DNA of 64,000 nt from Eledone cirrhosa (lineage: Eukaryota): NCBI GenBank assembly GCA_964016885.1, contig OZ024746.1, forward strand, positions 6,820,001 through 6,884,000, in the 5' to 3' direction. Below, one piece after another: positions 13,442-29,114 of this stretch; the stretch's first letter is position 1; every line of letters begins with the position of its first letter. Position numbers and translations under genes: made by a program. The notes beneath the pieces are model-generated. The model was not told the origin of the DNA, did no database searches, and saw only the letters and a program-made list of their open reading frames with translations.

Positions 13442-14895
13442 TTGTGCTGCTGCTGCTGAGCTTCTACCAAATATAGTAACATGTGGTGCTGAGTATCTAC
13501 AAATATAGTAACATGTGTTGCTGCTGAGCATCTACCAAATATAGTAACATGTGGTGCTGAGTATCTACAAATATAGTAACATGTGTTGCTGCTGAGCATC
13601 TACCAAATATAGTAACATGTGGTGCTGAGTATCTACAAATATAGTAACATGTGTTGCTGCTGAGCTTCTACCAAATATAGTAACATGTGGTGCTGAGTAT
13701 CTACAAATATAGTAACATGTGTTGCTGCTGAGCATCTACCAAATATAGTAACATGTGGTGCTGAGTATCTACAAATATAGTAACATGTGTTGCTGCTGAG
13801 CGTCTACCAAATATAGTAACATGTGGTGCTGAGTATCTACAAATATAGTAACATGTGTTGCTGCTGAGCATCTACCAAATATAGTAACATGTGGTGCTGA
13901 GTATCTACAAATATAGTAACATGTGTTGCTGCTGAGCGTCTACCAAATATAGTAACATGTGGTGCTGAGTATCTACAAATATAGTAACATGTGTTGCTGC
14001 TGAGCGTCTACCAAATATAGTAACATGTGGTGCTGAGTATCTACAAATATAGTAACATGTGTTGCTGCTGAGCGTCTACCAAATATAGTAACATGTGGTG
14101 CTGAGTATCTACAAATATAGTAACATGTGTTGCTGCTGAGCGTCTACCAAATATAGTAACATGTGTTGCTGCTGAGCGTCTACCAAATATAGTAATGTTG
14201 TGCTGCTGCTGAGCGTCTACCAAATATAGTAACATGTGCTGCTGCTGAGCGTCTACCAAATATAGTAACATGTGTTGCTGCTGAGCGTCTACCAAATATA
14301 GTAACATGTGTTGCTGCTGAGCATCTACCAAATATAGTAACATGTGTTGCTGCTGAGCGTCTACCAAATATAGTAACATGTGCTGCTGCTGAGCGTCTAC
14401 CAAATATAGTAACATGTGCTGCTGCTGAGCGTCTACCAAATATAGTGAGTAACATGTTGTGCTGCAGAGCATCTACCAAATATTGTAACATGTTTTGCTG
14501 CTGAGTATCTACCAAATTAGTAACATGTGGTGCTGTTGCTGAGTATCTACCAAATATAGTAACATGTGGTGTTGTTGCTGAGTATCTACCAAATATAGTA
14601 ACATGTGTTGCTGAGTATCTACCAAATATAGTAACATGTGGTGCTACTGAGTGTCTACCAAATATAGTAACATGTGTTGCTGAGTATCTACCAAATATAG
14701 TAACATGTGGTGCTGTTGCTGAGTATCTACCAAATATAGTAACATGTGGTACTACTGCTGAGTATCTACCAAATATAGGAACATGTTGTGCTGCTGCGTA
14801 TCTACCAAATATAGTCACATGTTGTGCTGCTGCGTATCTACCAAATATAGAAACATGTTGTAGTGCGGAGTATCTACCAAATATAGTAACGTGGT
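13442..14895. repeat. 33-38-bp minisatellite with a 68-bp dimeric section
   Basis: Core ctaccaaatatagtaacatgtg. Alternating 33+35-bp units to ~14140, then monomers. Confidence 0.92.
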
Positions 14896-15049
14896 ACACC
14901 TGTGGAGTAACATGTTTTCATAGAACTCCTCAATTGAGATTCTGACATTCTTCCTCAACATGTTACATCCTCTTTATTTCATGGCTTGAACAAAATCATT
15001 TTTAAGCAAGGTAACATATTCCCCTTTAAATCTTGAGTAATGACCAAAA

Positions 15050-15451
15050 GAATATGATTGCGAATACAAGTGGCTGAAATGGGGTTCCTCCAAAGGGTCT
15101 CTCTCTGGAGTAACGTTACTCAATAGAGTGAGTAGCTCAGAGATCAGATAGTCACTCCTGGTAGAGCCATTATTTCACCAAATTGAAAATCACAGCTCCG
15201 ATACTATGGGCATGTAGAATGTCTCAGGAAAGAATCACTGGACAGATTTTAAGAGCAAAACCAACAAGCAGGCAACCCAGGGGTAGACCCCCAGCAAGAT
15301 GGTTGGATAACATCCATGAGGTCAGCTGGTCTCACTTAGGACCGAGTCAGATCAGTTGGAGACGGTTGCTTCTGACAGGATCCACTGGAATGAGTGTTTG
15401 AGGACTCTGCCTCATGACCCTCTCAAGAATAAGTGGGTGAAGAAGAAGAAT
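15050..15451 (+). mobile_element. RTE-like LINE 3' fragment with (GAA)n tail (relatives ~39420-39630, ~51150-51500, ~49945-49985)
   Basis: RQPRGRPPARWLDNIHE motif. The end ctctcaggaataagtgggtgaagaagaag is shared among copies. Confidence 0.65.
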
Positions 15452-16862
15452 GGAAAGCATTACATTAACTTGTGTATGAGTATTGTGGCTGTTCCAGCAC
15501 GCCTCCCTAGATGTCCTCCGAGGCAATGTATTATTCCACATCCTGTCGGCCAGGATGTTGCTCAACATATACTCAGGTCTCAAATAAAGCCCCCTCCCCC
15601 ACTTATTAATTTTTTTAGATTTTTTCCACCCCCACCCCCCTACTTTTTAATCTCTCTCCAACGAAATGTTATCTTAAGTGGTAGCATTCTTATGACAATT
15701 TTCTTTAGGCATTAAAAAACGTTATATATGACAAAAAAAAGTACATTACTAGAAATCCCATATGTTATCAAATAAATAGGATGAGTTGGAGTCTCAATAT
15801 GTAAACTAAACGACTAATTCTGGTTTTTTAAAAAATGAAGGGAGACAACCTAGAAAAATTACCGATTTTCCAACTTCCCCTATGATTTGGGACCCAAGAG
15901 TAACGATTAAACATCACCAACCATGATAATGAGGTTGCTGAAAGTTTTTATGAAGGAAGTCTGCAGGAGAGTCTCATAAATATAGTTACTCAGTAAAATG
16001 TATGCAAAGATAATTGTGCAAATACAATAGTTCCAGATTGTATAGAATACACTGAGATGGTGGAGATCATTAAGGGAACTCTCACAGAGAATTCCATATA
16101 TAGCTAGATAGATGAGCAAGCAAAAACAATGTATTCACAGGAACAAACATTTACACAGGAAGAAGCATTACAAGCTTATATAGATTCCCAATCTATTAGT
16201 CTAATATATAATATACAAATAATATAGTAGGAATGCAGTCATTCAGTTCTCTAGTATTCACAATCATTGACTACAATTTAGTGAATGCTTGTAATTGTAA
16301 ATGTATTGAAAGAACACAATACATTCAATCAGTGAAATCAGTATCTCTTTGGAACCATTTGCTTACATGTCAGACATTGTTATTTTAAGTTTCTCAGGTG
16401 TTACTAAAGTATTTTGAATATTTTGTGCGAAAAAGAAAAGAAGCTGATACAGACAAAACAAGAAAAGGGATAGGTATTATTTTATCAGAATGAAGCCAGG
16501 GAAAAAAAACTAATATTTGTTTTGTTTTCCAATAAAAATTGTCTGTTAAAAAACATATATATATGTATTTGAAATACAAAGCAAAACAAATAATTGGTAG
16601 GAAGAATCACACAAGAAGACAATAGTTAGAAAAGCTCTGAAAACTGAAGGTTTTATTGATACACAAATGGTGCAACTTTTCAAACATATCTCTGCTGCTC
16701 AACAATAATTTTTGTAAAACATTTCTTTACTGCAAAAATAATTTAACCCTTTCAATACCAAACCACCTACAATATAAAACTATTCGGTTTAAAGTGTATA
16801 TATTTATCTAAAACCCTTCCATCATAATTTTACTTATATTATGATATGTTCCAAATGCTAGC

Positions 16863-17078
16863 TTAACCCTTTAGCATTTAAACTGGCCGTATCTGGCCTC
16901 TTTCTGTTTAAACCAATTGTAATCGCCCGCTCATACTGATGTTAAGGTATTGTTCGCAAAATAAAAAATATCAAAACCTCATAGATCCGATATTATGTAA
17001 GATAATTATGTGAGTTAAAGCCTTTTTCACAAAAATATGATATATATATATAAAATAATGTAAATGCTAAAGGGTTAA
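16863..17078. mobile_element. piggyBac-like MITE with TTAA TSD, nested in an older TTAA-type MITE (~16743-17180). A second copy at 52391-~52955 is split by a SINE.
   Basis: TTAA-CCCTTTAGCATTTA … TAAATGCTAAAGGG-TTAA (perfect 14-bp TIRs). Confidence 0.8.
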
Positions 17079-17551
17079 TAATGAGAAGTTATTTTACTAA
17101 ATCCCTCCAAATTCTTGATAAATTTCAAAATTATTCGAAAACCAAAGACAGTGTCTTTCATTAGAAACATGGTAATTACTGCCATTAGTAGAACCAGATA
17201 AACTTCTTGAGGCAATATGTTATGGCTGGATGTTCTTCTTGACACCAACCCTTTTAGTTGCCACTTACAACATGTAGGGATACAGTATACCTATTCTAAA
17301 AATCAAGATATACACAAAACAGATTGAGAAGTGTCTTAGCATCCTTCATCATTTAGTTTCCCCAGTAAATATATCCAATTGCCTTCTTATATATCTTGCA
17401 AATAAATATTATAGTTCATTAATTGTGGGGAAGATGGTGAGCTGTATTTAGGATATCGAGACTAGGGAATAACATAACCACTATATATTCATCAATATAT
17501 TGATTTACCGTGATCAATCAACTCTCTGAAACGATTGTAAAACAATGAACT

Positions 17552-17874
17552 TCATCATCATCATCATTTTACATCCGCTTTTCCCTGTTTACAAGGGTGG
17601 GACGGGAACTGATTCTGGCCAGATTTCTACAGCTGGATGCCCTTCCTAACACCAACCTCATTTACAGTGTGGGCCGGGTGCTTTTTTGCCGTGGCACCTC
17701 CACGACCACTTTGCAGTGGAATGATAGGGACCCCAGTCCTATCATCTCATTTCTACAGCTGAGTAAACTGGAGCAATGTGAAATAAAGTGTCTTGCTCAA
17801 GGAAACAACACATCACCCAGTCTGAGAATTGAACTCACAACCTTTCGATTGCAACCACTAAGCCATGTGCTTCC
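17552..17874 (-). mobile_element. Same SINE family, with a small deletion in the head
   Basis: Reverse complement of 52551-52889. Confidence 0.82.
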
Positions 17875-18795
17875 ATGGAACTTATCTTTGACTTTTATTT
17901 TATGGAACTTATCTTTGACTTTTATTTTATTTCCATTGTTCAGTACACACACACACTTATATATATGACTCTGTAACCCAGTTAGCATCTCCAATGGAAC
18001 CTTATTTGATGAAAGACTACTATAAAAACTATATGTCTCACTGCGTGATCTTGTTGAAATCATCTCTTCAAGACTGCATGGAATTCTAACAATGTTATTG
18101 GCCTTACCATAAACAGGTGCTAAACTGAACATGTTTGTAGTTACTAACATTTGAAGCAGAGTCATTTATTAGAGAAAAAATAAGAAGAACCAACTAGAAC
18201 TATTAAAATTCACTCACTTTTCCTTAAAGTGAATTTAAAAACAACATTAATTCATGCTAAGTGATACAAACAATATCCTTGGGTGCTGATTAATTCTTTA
18301 CTTCAGTATGACACACAGACACAGACACACACAGAGACAGACACAGAGACACACACAGAGACACACAGACACACACAGAGACACACAGACAAAACAAGTT
18401 ATATTATTAGCTAATAAAAGGTAGGTGATCAATGATGATCATAGACTAACCAACAAGATCACAGACCTCGCTAAGTGAAGTAGAACTGACACTCCTGGCA
18501 GAAGGAGCAACGTGAAATAAAGTGTCTTCCTCAAAGACATAATGCATCGCTTGGTCTAGGAATCAAACTCACAACCTCACAATTGTGAATCAAATTCTGT
18601 AACCACTAAGCCATGTTCCTTCACTAGACTAATAAAAGGTGGGGGAAAAAAACTTTACAAATAACAAGAATAAAATCATGATTGTATTTACATCAGATAT
18701 ATTCAACAATGATTTGAAAGTCATAAGTTAAAATATACCAGGAAATATTTTCTATTGAAGATTAAAAGAAAAAAACAAATTTACTCTTGGTTGTA

Positions 18796-18886
18796 AATAT
18801 TTAAAATGATCATTTCAAATATTTAAAATGATCATTTCAAATATTTAAAATGATCATTTCAAATATTTAAAATGATCATTTCAAAT
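18796..18886. repeat. 22-bp tandem repeat x4
   Basis: Unit aaatatttaaaatgatcatttc. Confidence 0.85.
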
Positions 18887-19371
18887 AAGACCTGAAGATC
18901 TGTAGTGAAAAATAAGAAACTGAAAGTTACGGAGGGTTAGACACAATGTCTTACTATACTTAGTAGCAGAATATTGTATTGTGAGTTCAAGTTTGTATGA
19001 ACTCAACTTTGTTTCTCATCCTTCTGGAGATGATAAAATACCAGTGAGGTACTGGGCCACTTTCATTAACCCCAACTCCCCCTCAAATTGCTGATCTTGT
19101 GTCTAAATTAAAAACTATTACTATTATTAGGATAGTAAGGTGGTGAATTGTTAGAATCAGTAGAGCATCGGACTATAACTATATGCTTTGCGGCATAAAG
19201 TTATGACTCTGAGTTCAAATTATGCTGAAGTTAACTTTGCCTTTCATCCTTATGGGGAGGGGTGATAAAATAAAGTACCAGTAACGTACTGGTGTTGATT
19301 AAATCGACTTTCACCACTCTCAAAAGTGGTTGGTCTTGAACCTAAATCAGAAACCATTGTTAAGAGAGTTG

Positions 19372-21055
19372 CAAAAAGTGTTAAGATCATGAAAGGTTGG
19401 TTGTTCTTCCATATATATATATACCAAAAGGTGTTAACATCATGAAAGGTTGGTTGTTCTTCCATATATATATATATACCAAAAAGTGTTAAGATCATGA
19501 AAGGTTGGTTGTTCTTCCATATATATATACCAAAAGGTGTTAAGATCATGAAAGGTTGGTTGTTCTTCCATATATATATACCAAAAGGTGTTAACATCAT
19601 GAAAGGTTGGTTGTTCTTCCATATATATATATACCAAAAGGTGTTAAGATCATGAAAGGTTGGTTGTTCTTCCATATATATATATACCAAAAGGTGTTAA
19701 CATCATGAAAGGTTGGTTGTTCTTCCATATATATATATACCAAAAAGTGTTAACATCATGAAAGGTTGGTTGTTCTTCCATATATATATATATACCAAAA
19801 AGTGTTAAGATCATGAAAGGTTGGTTGTTCTTCCATATATATATACCAAAAGGTGTTAAGATCATGAAAGGTTGGTTGTTCTTCCATATATATATATACC
19901 AAAAGGTGTTAAGATCATGAAAGGTTGGTTGTTCTTCCATATATATACCAAAAGGTGTTAAGATCATGAAAGGTTGGTTGTTCTTCCATATATATATACC
20001 AAAAGGTGTTAAGATCATGAAAGGTTGGTTGTTCTTCCATATATATACCAAAAAGTGTTAAGATCATGAAAGGTTGGTTGTTCTTCCATATATATATACC
20101 AAAAGGTGTTAAGATCATGAAAGGTTGGTTGTTCTTCCATATATATATACCAAAAGGTGTTAAGATCATGAAAGGTTGGTTGTTCTTCCATATATATACC
20201 AAAAGGTCTTAAGATCATGAAAGGTTGGTTGTTCTTCCATATATATATACCAAAAGGTGTTAAGATCATGAAAGGTTGATTGTTCTTCCATATATATACC
20301 AAAAGGTGTTAAGATCATGAAAGGTTGGTTGTTCTTCCATATATATATACCAAAAGGTGTTAAGATCATGAAAGGTTGGTTGTTCTTCCATATATATACC
20401 AAAAGGTGTTAAGATCATGAAAGGTTGGTTGTTCTTCCATATATATATACCAAAAGGTGTTAAGATCATGAAAGGTTGATTGTTCTTCCATATATATACC
20501 AAAAGGTGTTAAGATCATGAAAGGTTGGTTGTTCTTCCATATATATATACCAAAAGGTGTTAAGATCATGAAAGGTTGGTTGTTCTTCCATATATATACC
20601 AAAAGGTGTTAAGATCATGAAAGGTTGGTTGTTCTTCCATATATATATACCAAAAGGTGTTAAGATCATGAAAGGTTGATTGTTCTTCCATATATATACC
20701 AAAAGGTGTTAAGATCATGAAAGGTTGGTTGTTCTTCCATATATATATACCAAAAGGTGTTAAGATCATGAAAGGTTGGTTGTTCTTCCATATATATACC
20801 AAAAGGTGTTAAGATCATGAAAGGTTGGTTGTTCTTCCATATATATATATACCAAAAGGTGTTAACATCATGAAAGGTTGGTTGTTCTTCCATATATATA
20901 CCAAAAAGTGTTAAGATCATGAAAGGTTGGTTGTTCTTCCATATATATATACCAAAAGGTGTTAAGATCATGAAAGGTTGGTTGTTCTTCCATATATATA
21001 TACCAAAAGGTGTTAACATCATGAAAGGTTGGTTGTTCTTCCATATATATATATA
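19372..21055. repeat. ~49-55-bp minisatellite (41-bp constant part + variable (TA)n), ~33 copies
   Basis: Unit ccaaaaggtgttaagatcatgaaaggttggttgttcttcca(ta)n. Confidence 0.93.
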
Positions 21056-21085
21056 AGATCAAAAGATGGTTAAAAGAGTTCCATG

Positions 21086-21156
21086 TATTTTTTTATGCGC
21101 ATTTCAAAAACAAATATCATCATGCAATAACATTTGCGTTTTCGTCAGATAAAATA
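21086..21156 (-). ncRNA. Diverged copy of the same hammerhead motif
   Basis: tattttat-CTGACGA-stem II-GAAA-tgcgca-TA. The core differs only at the free N7 position, and stem II pairing is kept despite substitutions. Confidence 0.6.
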
Positions 21157-21679
21157 AGGAGACATGATATGAAGGTTAAAAAACACTTGTGAATAGTGCA
21201 GTTTTAAATCAACATATGAAAAGTAGTTTTAGATTGATGTGTGATATTGGGAAAAAATTGAGGGGGGGGGGGATGAAAAAGAGGAGGAGATGAGAGTAAA
21301 AAGTGGAAGGGGAGGAGTATAATAAGGAAGGATGAGATAGGAGGAGAGATGGGTAATAGAGAGAGAGAGAGATAGCTTTTATAACTGAGAAAAATATATT
21401 GTTTTACATAGAGAGGTTAAAAAAACCGTTGGAAGATAATATATAAATTAAAAGAATTTGAAAATTAACAAAGAGAAAAATTTTAGAATAATGTTAAATT
21501 AAGGTTTGTATATTGAAGGGTTTAATATGTGCGATGAAAAGAAATTGTTAATATGTATTAAGAATAATATTTAAGGGTTTAATAATATGTGCGATGGAAA
21601 GAAATTGTTGATATGTATTATTAAAAAATATAAAAATATAACAATAGTAATGTAATTAAGGATATTTCGCATATATATA

Positions 21680-22650
21680 TCATCATCATCATCGTTTAAC
21701 GTCCATATTCCACGCTTGCATGGGTTTGGACGGGGGTTTTCCCACTTGAGGCAAGAATGGTTGTCTTGCTCGCATAGGACTGTCTGGCGGGTTTTCTACG
21801 GCTGGATGCCTTTCCTAACACCAACCACATTTACAGTGTGGAACTGGGAGGTTTTTACCGTGTTGCCTACACGGCCACATTACAGCGTGGACTGTGTGTT
21901 TTTTTGTCGTGACACCTACACGACCTCATTTGTTTCGGGCTGGATGTTGTGACACCAACATAACTTTACATTGAAGGGGTGGTGTGGATGGGGTGGGGGT
22001 AGTGGGACGGGGTGTATTTTGTTAGAGGTGCCTACTGACTGTAGTAGGTTTCACTTTGTACTTAGGTAAGGCGGGTCTTCTCTATTACTGTGTAGCGCCA
22101 AAGCTCTCAGTCCAGTGACATTGCCTTGGAGAGGTGTAAGTGTGTGAGGTCGGAATTTATCAAGTCGTCCCAGGTTTTTCTGGGTCTGCCTACTCCGTGG
22201 CTACAGTCTATTTTTATTGCCCTGCACTTTTTTATACAGCTGTCGTCTTTCATGCGCATCACGTGACCATACCAACGTAGTCTTCTCTCGAGTAAACAAC
22301 ATCTGATCCCTCTTATTTCTAATTTCTCCCTTAGTACGCTTATGCTTTGTCGTTCACGTATGTTACTATTACACATCCAGCGGAGCATGCAAGCTTCGTT
22401 TCTCTCCAGTCTGCATATATCCTCTGCACACAATGCCCAGGTCTCACTGCCATGTAACATTGCTGTTCGTATGCAGGCATCATACAGCCTGCCCTTCATT
22501 TTTAGAGAGAACCCTTTAGCGGCCAATAGTGGTATAAGCTCTCTGAATTTTTTCCATCCCGTTCTGACCCTAGCTACTGTACTTTCAGAGCACCCTCCCC
22601 CACTGCTGATTTTATCACCCAGGTAACGGAAGCTGTCCACTATTTCTATA
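21680..22650 (-). mobile_element. 5'-truncated RTE LINE, same subfamily as 25593-27408
   Basis: DSFRYLGD…GRLYDAC…RRLRWYGHV…GRPRKTW, the same 3' UTR, (GAT)n tail and TA flanks. Confidence 0.9.
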
Positions 22651-22953
22651 TATATATACCAAAAACACAGAAATTTAATTTAACAGAAATTGTAGATGTT
22701 TCTTAGCTTTTGTTATTCTCTTTATAATGAAAGAGACTATTATTTTCAAAGTAATATACTAAATATACTGGAATATAAGCCGAGGAATATGGGACCAAAA
22801 AGTCAATGGTAGAAGGGGGAGGGTGGTCAGCTTATATTTTAACAATTTTCACCAACTTCAAATTCTACAGAAATAAAGTTTAGATTTTTGCCCATTTCCC
22901 AAATATAAACAGTAAGTTTGGCTTGTATTCCCATTGGCTTATATTCAAGTATA

Positions 22954-23042
22954 CAGGGTGTCCCAAAAATGTATGCATCATTCTAATAAATATTACCTGT
23001 ACAGGTAATCAACGTGTGTATACATTTTGGAGGGACACCCTG
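22954..23042. mobile_element. Tiny Tc1/mariner-type MITE nested in the end of another TIR element (~22757-23050)
   Basis: TA-CAGGGTGTCCC…GGGACACCCTG-TA. Confidence 0.75.
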
Positions 23043-23631
23043 TACTTGGTAACTAACTTTCTCATTATTAAGTTGAAGTTTGGAACATAACAAAGGTTCT
23101 TATAATAAAATTATCATGAAAAGTATTTAGATAAATATAAACACTTTAAAACAGTTTTGTATTATCGAAGCAAGAATATTTTCAGGCAGTTTGGAATCAA
23201 AAGGGTTAAACAGATAAGAAAGCAATGGTAGTCAAAGATATATTTTCCGAGATTAACTGTTTTGTACCAGATGACTGGAATCAAGCTGGACCAGAACAAT
23301 ATTTTCAAATGTTATTTTTTCTCCATATATCACATTCCTCAAGTTTTTCTCAGTCGACAAAGTATTTAATATTCATTGTCTTACCTACATCATTCTAATA
23401 CGGTCTAAAGAGATTAATACTCAATAGAGAAAAAGTAAAAGAAAAAAATATAATATATTTTTACTCCCAAATATAAATTTAATAGTCATCAGAGAAATAA
23501 ACATTCAATAATGCCTAAGGTAAAATTTAATAAATAAGTATTGAAAAATAGGTGAAACATTCAATAGTCTTCAATGAGGTTTCATAGAAATTATCCAATT
23601 AATATATACTTTGAAATATTGATATACAAAA

Positions 23632-23634
23632 ATG

Positions 23635-23709
<75 letters not shown>

Positions 23710-23768
23710 ATATATATATATATATATGTGTATATATATATATATATATGTGTGTGTATATATATATA

Positions 23769-23861
<93 letters not shown>

Positions 23862-23984
23862 ATATATATATATATATGTGTTTATATATATGTGTATATA
23901 TATATATATATATGTGTGTGTATATATATATATGTATATATATATATGTATACATATATATATATGTATATATATATATATGAA

Positions 23985-24018
<34 letters not shown>

Positions 24019-24145
24019 GTATATATATATATGTATACATATATATATATATATACACATATATATATATATACACATATATATATAAACACATATATAT
24101 ATATATATATATACACATATATATATATATATACACACATATACA
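23632..24145. repeat. Long interrupted (TA)n tract (others: 4171-4233, 25058-25592, 27408-28131, 28491-28560, 32933-33231, 40095-40550, 55805-55867, 57285-57352)
   Basis: Direct reading. Confidence 0.95.
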
Positions 24146-25058
24146 TCAAGAAATGGCAACCATCAACCACATAGACATAACGGAGGAGGATGTGGTGTAC
24201 ACCATTGATGAAATTAGAACAGACTCGGCTGCTGGACCTGATGGATTCCCAGCAGTTCTCTTAAAAATATGTAAGCGGGCCTTAACAACTCCACTGAAGA
24301 TGCTCTTCAGAAGCTCCTTGGCTAGCGGTGTACTACCCAGGGAGCTGAAAGTGGCGACAATGTGTAGACGACTCGCTGGCTGGATCTTGAGGACTTTCCG
24401 GACAAGAGATCGAGACACCATGTTGACACTATGGAGGACATTTGTCCTAAGCCACCTGGACTACTGCTCCCAGTTGTGGTTACCCCATAGTGTCAAACTA
24501 ACCACGGAGCTTGAGGCAATCCAGCGAAGCTACACCAAGAGGATTGCCAAGATGAGGGAGACAAGCTACTGGGAGAGGCTAAAGGAACTGAACCTCTACT
24601 CTTTGGAGCGAAGACGGGAGAGATACGCAGTGATCTACATGTGGAAAATCCTGGAGGGACTAGCACCAAACTTTGACATTGGGAGCTGGACCAACCGTCG
24701 AACAGGACGTCACTGTGTGGTGCCAAAGGTCCCATCTTCCACATCTAGAATAAGGAGCAGGTATTGCAATAGCCTGTGATTCAAGGGCCCTCAACTCTTC
24801 AACAGGCTGCCGAGGGATCTGAGAGACTTGCATGACGTGGAGGTGGATGTCTTCAAGAAACATCTCAACACCTTGTTATCCAGGATCCCAGATGAGCCCA
24901 CAGCAAGACACGAGGGAAACCTAAGGGCAGCAGCAACAAACTCCCTCTTACACCAGTGGTCAACCTATACAGGCTGGAGATAAACTGTGTAGCAACAAGG
25001 GCGGTGCCCCAGCATGGCCTCAGCCGGATGGCTGAAACAGGTAAAAGAGTAAAAGAGT
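24140..25058 (+). mobile_element. CR1-group LINE, 5'-truncated and missing the RT core, with (GTAAAAGA)n tail (tail-only copies ~44602-44660, ~30432-30490)
   Basis: AAGPDGFP…LFRSSL (pre-RT) is joined to ILRTF…HLDYCSQLW…LEAIQR…[17 protein letters not shown] (post-RT). Stop near 24777. Confidence 0.8.
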
Positions 25059-25145
25059 ATATATATACATATATATATATATATGCATATTTATATGCAT
25101 ATTTATATATATATATATATATTTATTAAAATAACAGATTATTAC

Positions 25146-25182
<37 letters not shown>

Positions 25183-25205
25183 TTATTAAAATAACAGATT
25201 ATTAC

Positions 25206-25238
<33 letters not shown>

Positions 25239-25267
25239 GTATATTTATTAAAATAACAGATCATTAC

Positions 25268-25366
<99 letters not shown>

Positions 25367-25396
25367 TTATATATACATATATATATATATATATAC

Positions 25397-25578
<182 letters not shown>

Positions 25579-25592
25579 TTATATATACATAT

Positions 25593-27554
<1,962 letters not shown>

Positions 27555-27558
27555 CATA

Positions 27559-27608
<50 letters not shown>

Positions 27609-27660
27609 CATATATATATATATTTATATATACATATATATATATATTTATATATACATA

Positions 27661-27916
<256 letters not shown>

Positions 27917-27917
27917 C

Positions 27918-28013
<96 letters not shown>

Positions 28014-28131
28014 ATATATATATACATATATATGATGATGATGATGATATATATATATATATGTGTGTGTGTGTACATATATATATATGTGTGTGTATAT
28101 ATATATACATATATATGTGTATATATATATA

Positions 28132-28459
28132 TCATCATCATCATCATTTTACGTCCGCTTTTCCCTGCTTGCAAGGGTGTGACGGGAACTGATTCTGGCT
28201 TGATTTCTACAGCTGGATGCCCTTCCTAACACCAATCTCATCTACAGTGAGTGCTGGGTGCTATTTTGCCGTTGCACCTCCACGACCACTTTACAGTGGA
28301 CCCCAGCTCCTATCATCTCATTTCTACAGCTGAGTAAACTGGAGCAATGTGAAATAAAGTGTCTTGCTCAAGGAAACAACACATCACCCGGTCTGAGAAT
28401 TGAACTCACAACCTTGCGATTGCAAGGCCAATGCTCTAACCACTAAGCCATGTGCCTCC
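28132..28459 (-). mobile_element. Same SINE family, full length, in (TA)n context
   Basis: Near-identical reverse complement of 52551-52889. Confidence 0.85.
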
Positions 28460-28489
28460 ATCCGTTATATATATATGTGCCTCCATCCG

Positions 28490-28561
<72 letters not shown>

Positions 28562-28898
28562 CGAAGGAGTTGTGGTAAGGAACCAGATGGACCATAACGC
28601 ACCAGAGTACTCAATACTTAGGTAGTATTGGGTAATTTTTAATATATAGTAGAGTGGGTAATTTTTAATATATATATAAACATATATCATCATTATCATC
28701 ATCATCACCGTTTTACGTCCATTCTTTATATATATGTTTATATATATATATTTATATATTTATATATATATTTAATGTAGGAGGTGAGTTTTATTGTAGC
28801 ATAATAAAGCAATGCAAATATTGGATAAGTAGCACTCAACAGTTTATTAGACTGGAGTATATAAGAAGAAATTAAAAGATGGTTAAAAAAGTTCCATG

Positions 28899-28969
28899 TA
28901 TTTCATTATGCGCATTTCAAAAACAAATATCATCCAGGGACGATATTTGCATTCTCATCAGATAAAATA
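28899..28969 (-). ncRNA. Mirror hammerhead motif in the other arm of the palindrome
   Basis: Reverse complement of 29044-29114 with one change in stem I. Confidence 0.6.
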
Positions 28970-29043
28970 GGGAGACATGATATGAAGCTTAAAAAAGACA
29001 CTTGCTCACAAGTGTCTTTTTTAAGCTTAATAACATGTCTCCC

Positions 29044-29114
29044 TATTTTATCTGATGAGAATGCAAATATCGTCCCTGGATGATATTTGTTTTTGAAATG
29101 CGCATAATAAAATA
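29044..29114 (+). ncRNA. Minimal type I hammerhead ribozyme motif (Penelope-like-element style)
   Basis: tattttat-CTGATGA-[~17-bp stem II]-GAAA-tgcgca-TA-ataaaata. Perfect 8-bp stem I, intact core, palindromic stem III. The stem II closing pair is G-U. Confidence 0.65.

Noticed and set aside
19372-21055. CRISPR-like look: constant 41-bp repeat with variable spacers
   Set aside because: The spacers are only (TA)4-7, there are no cas genes, and the context is a eukaryotic intron.
23385-23404. 20-nt exon candidate on the minus strand (ctctttAG…TAG|GTAAGA)
   Set aside because: Stops in all three frames.
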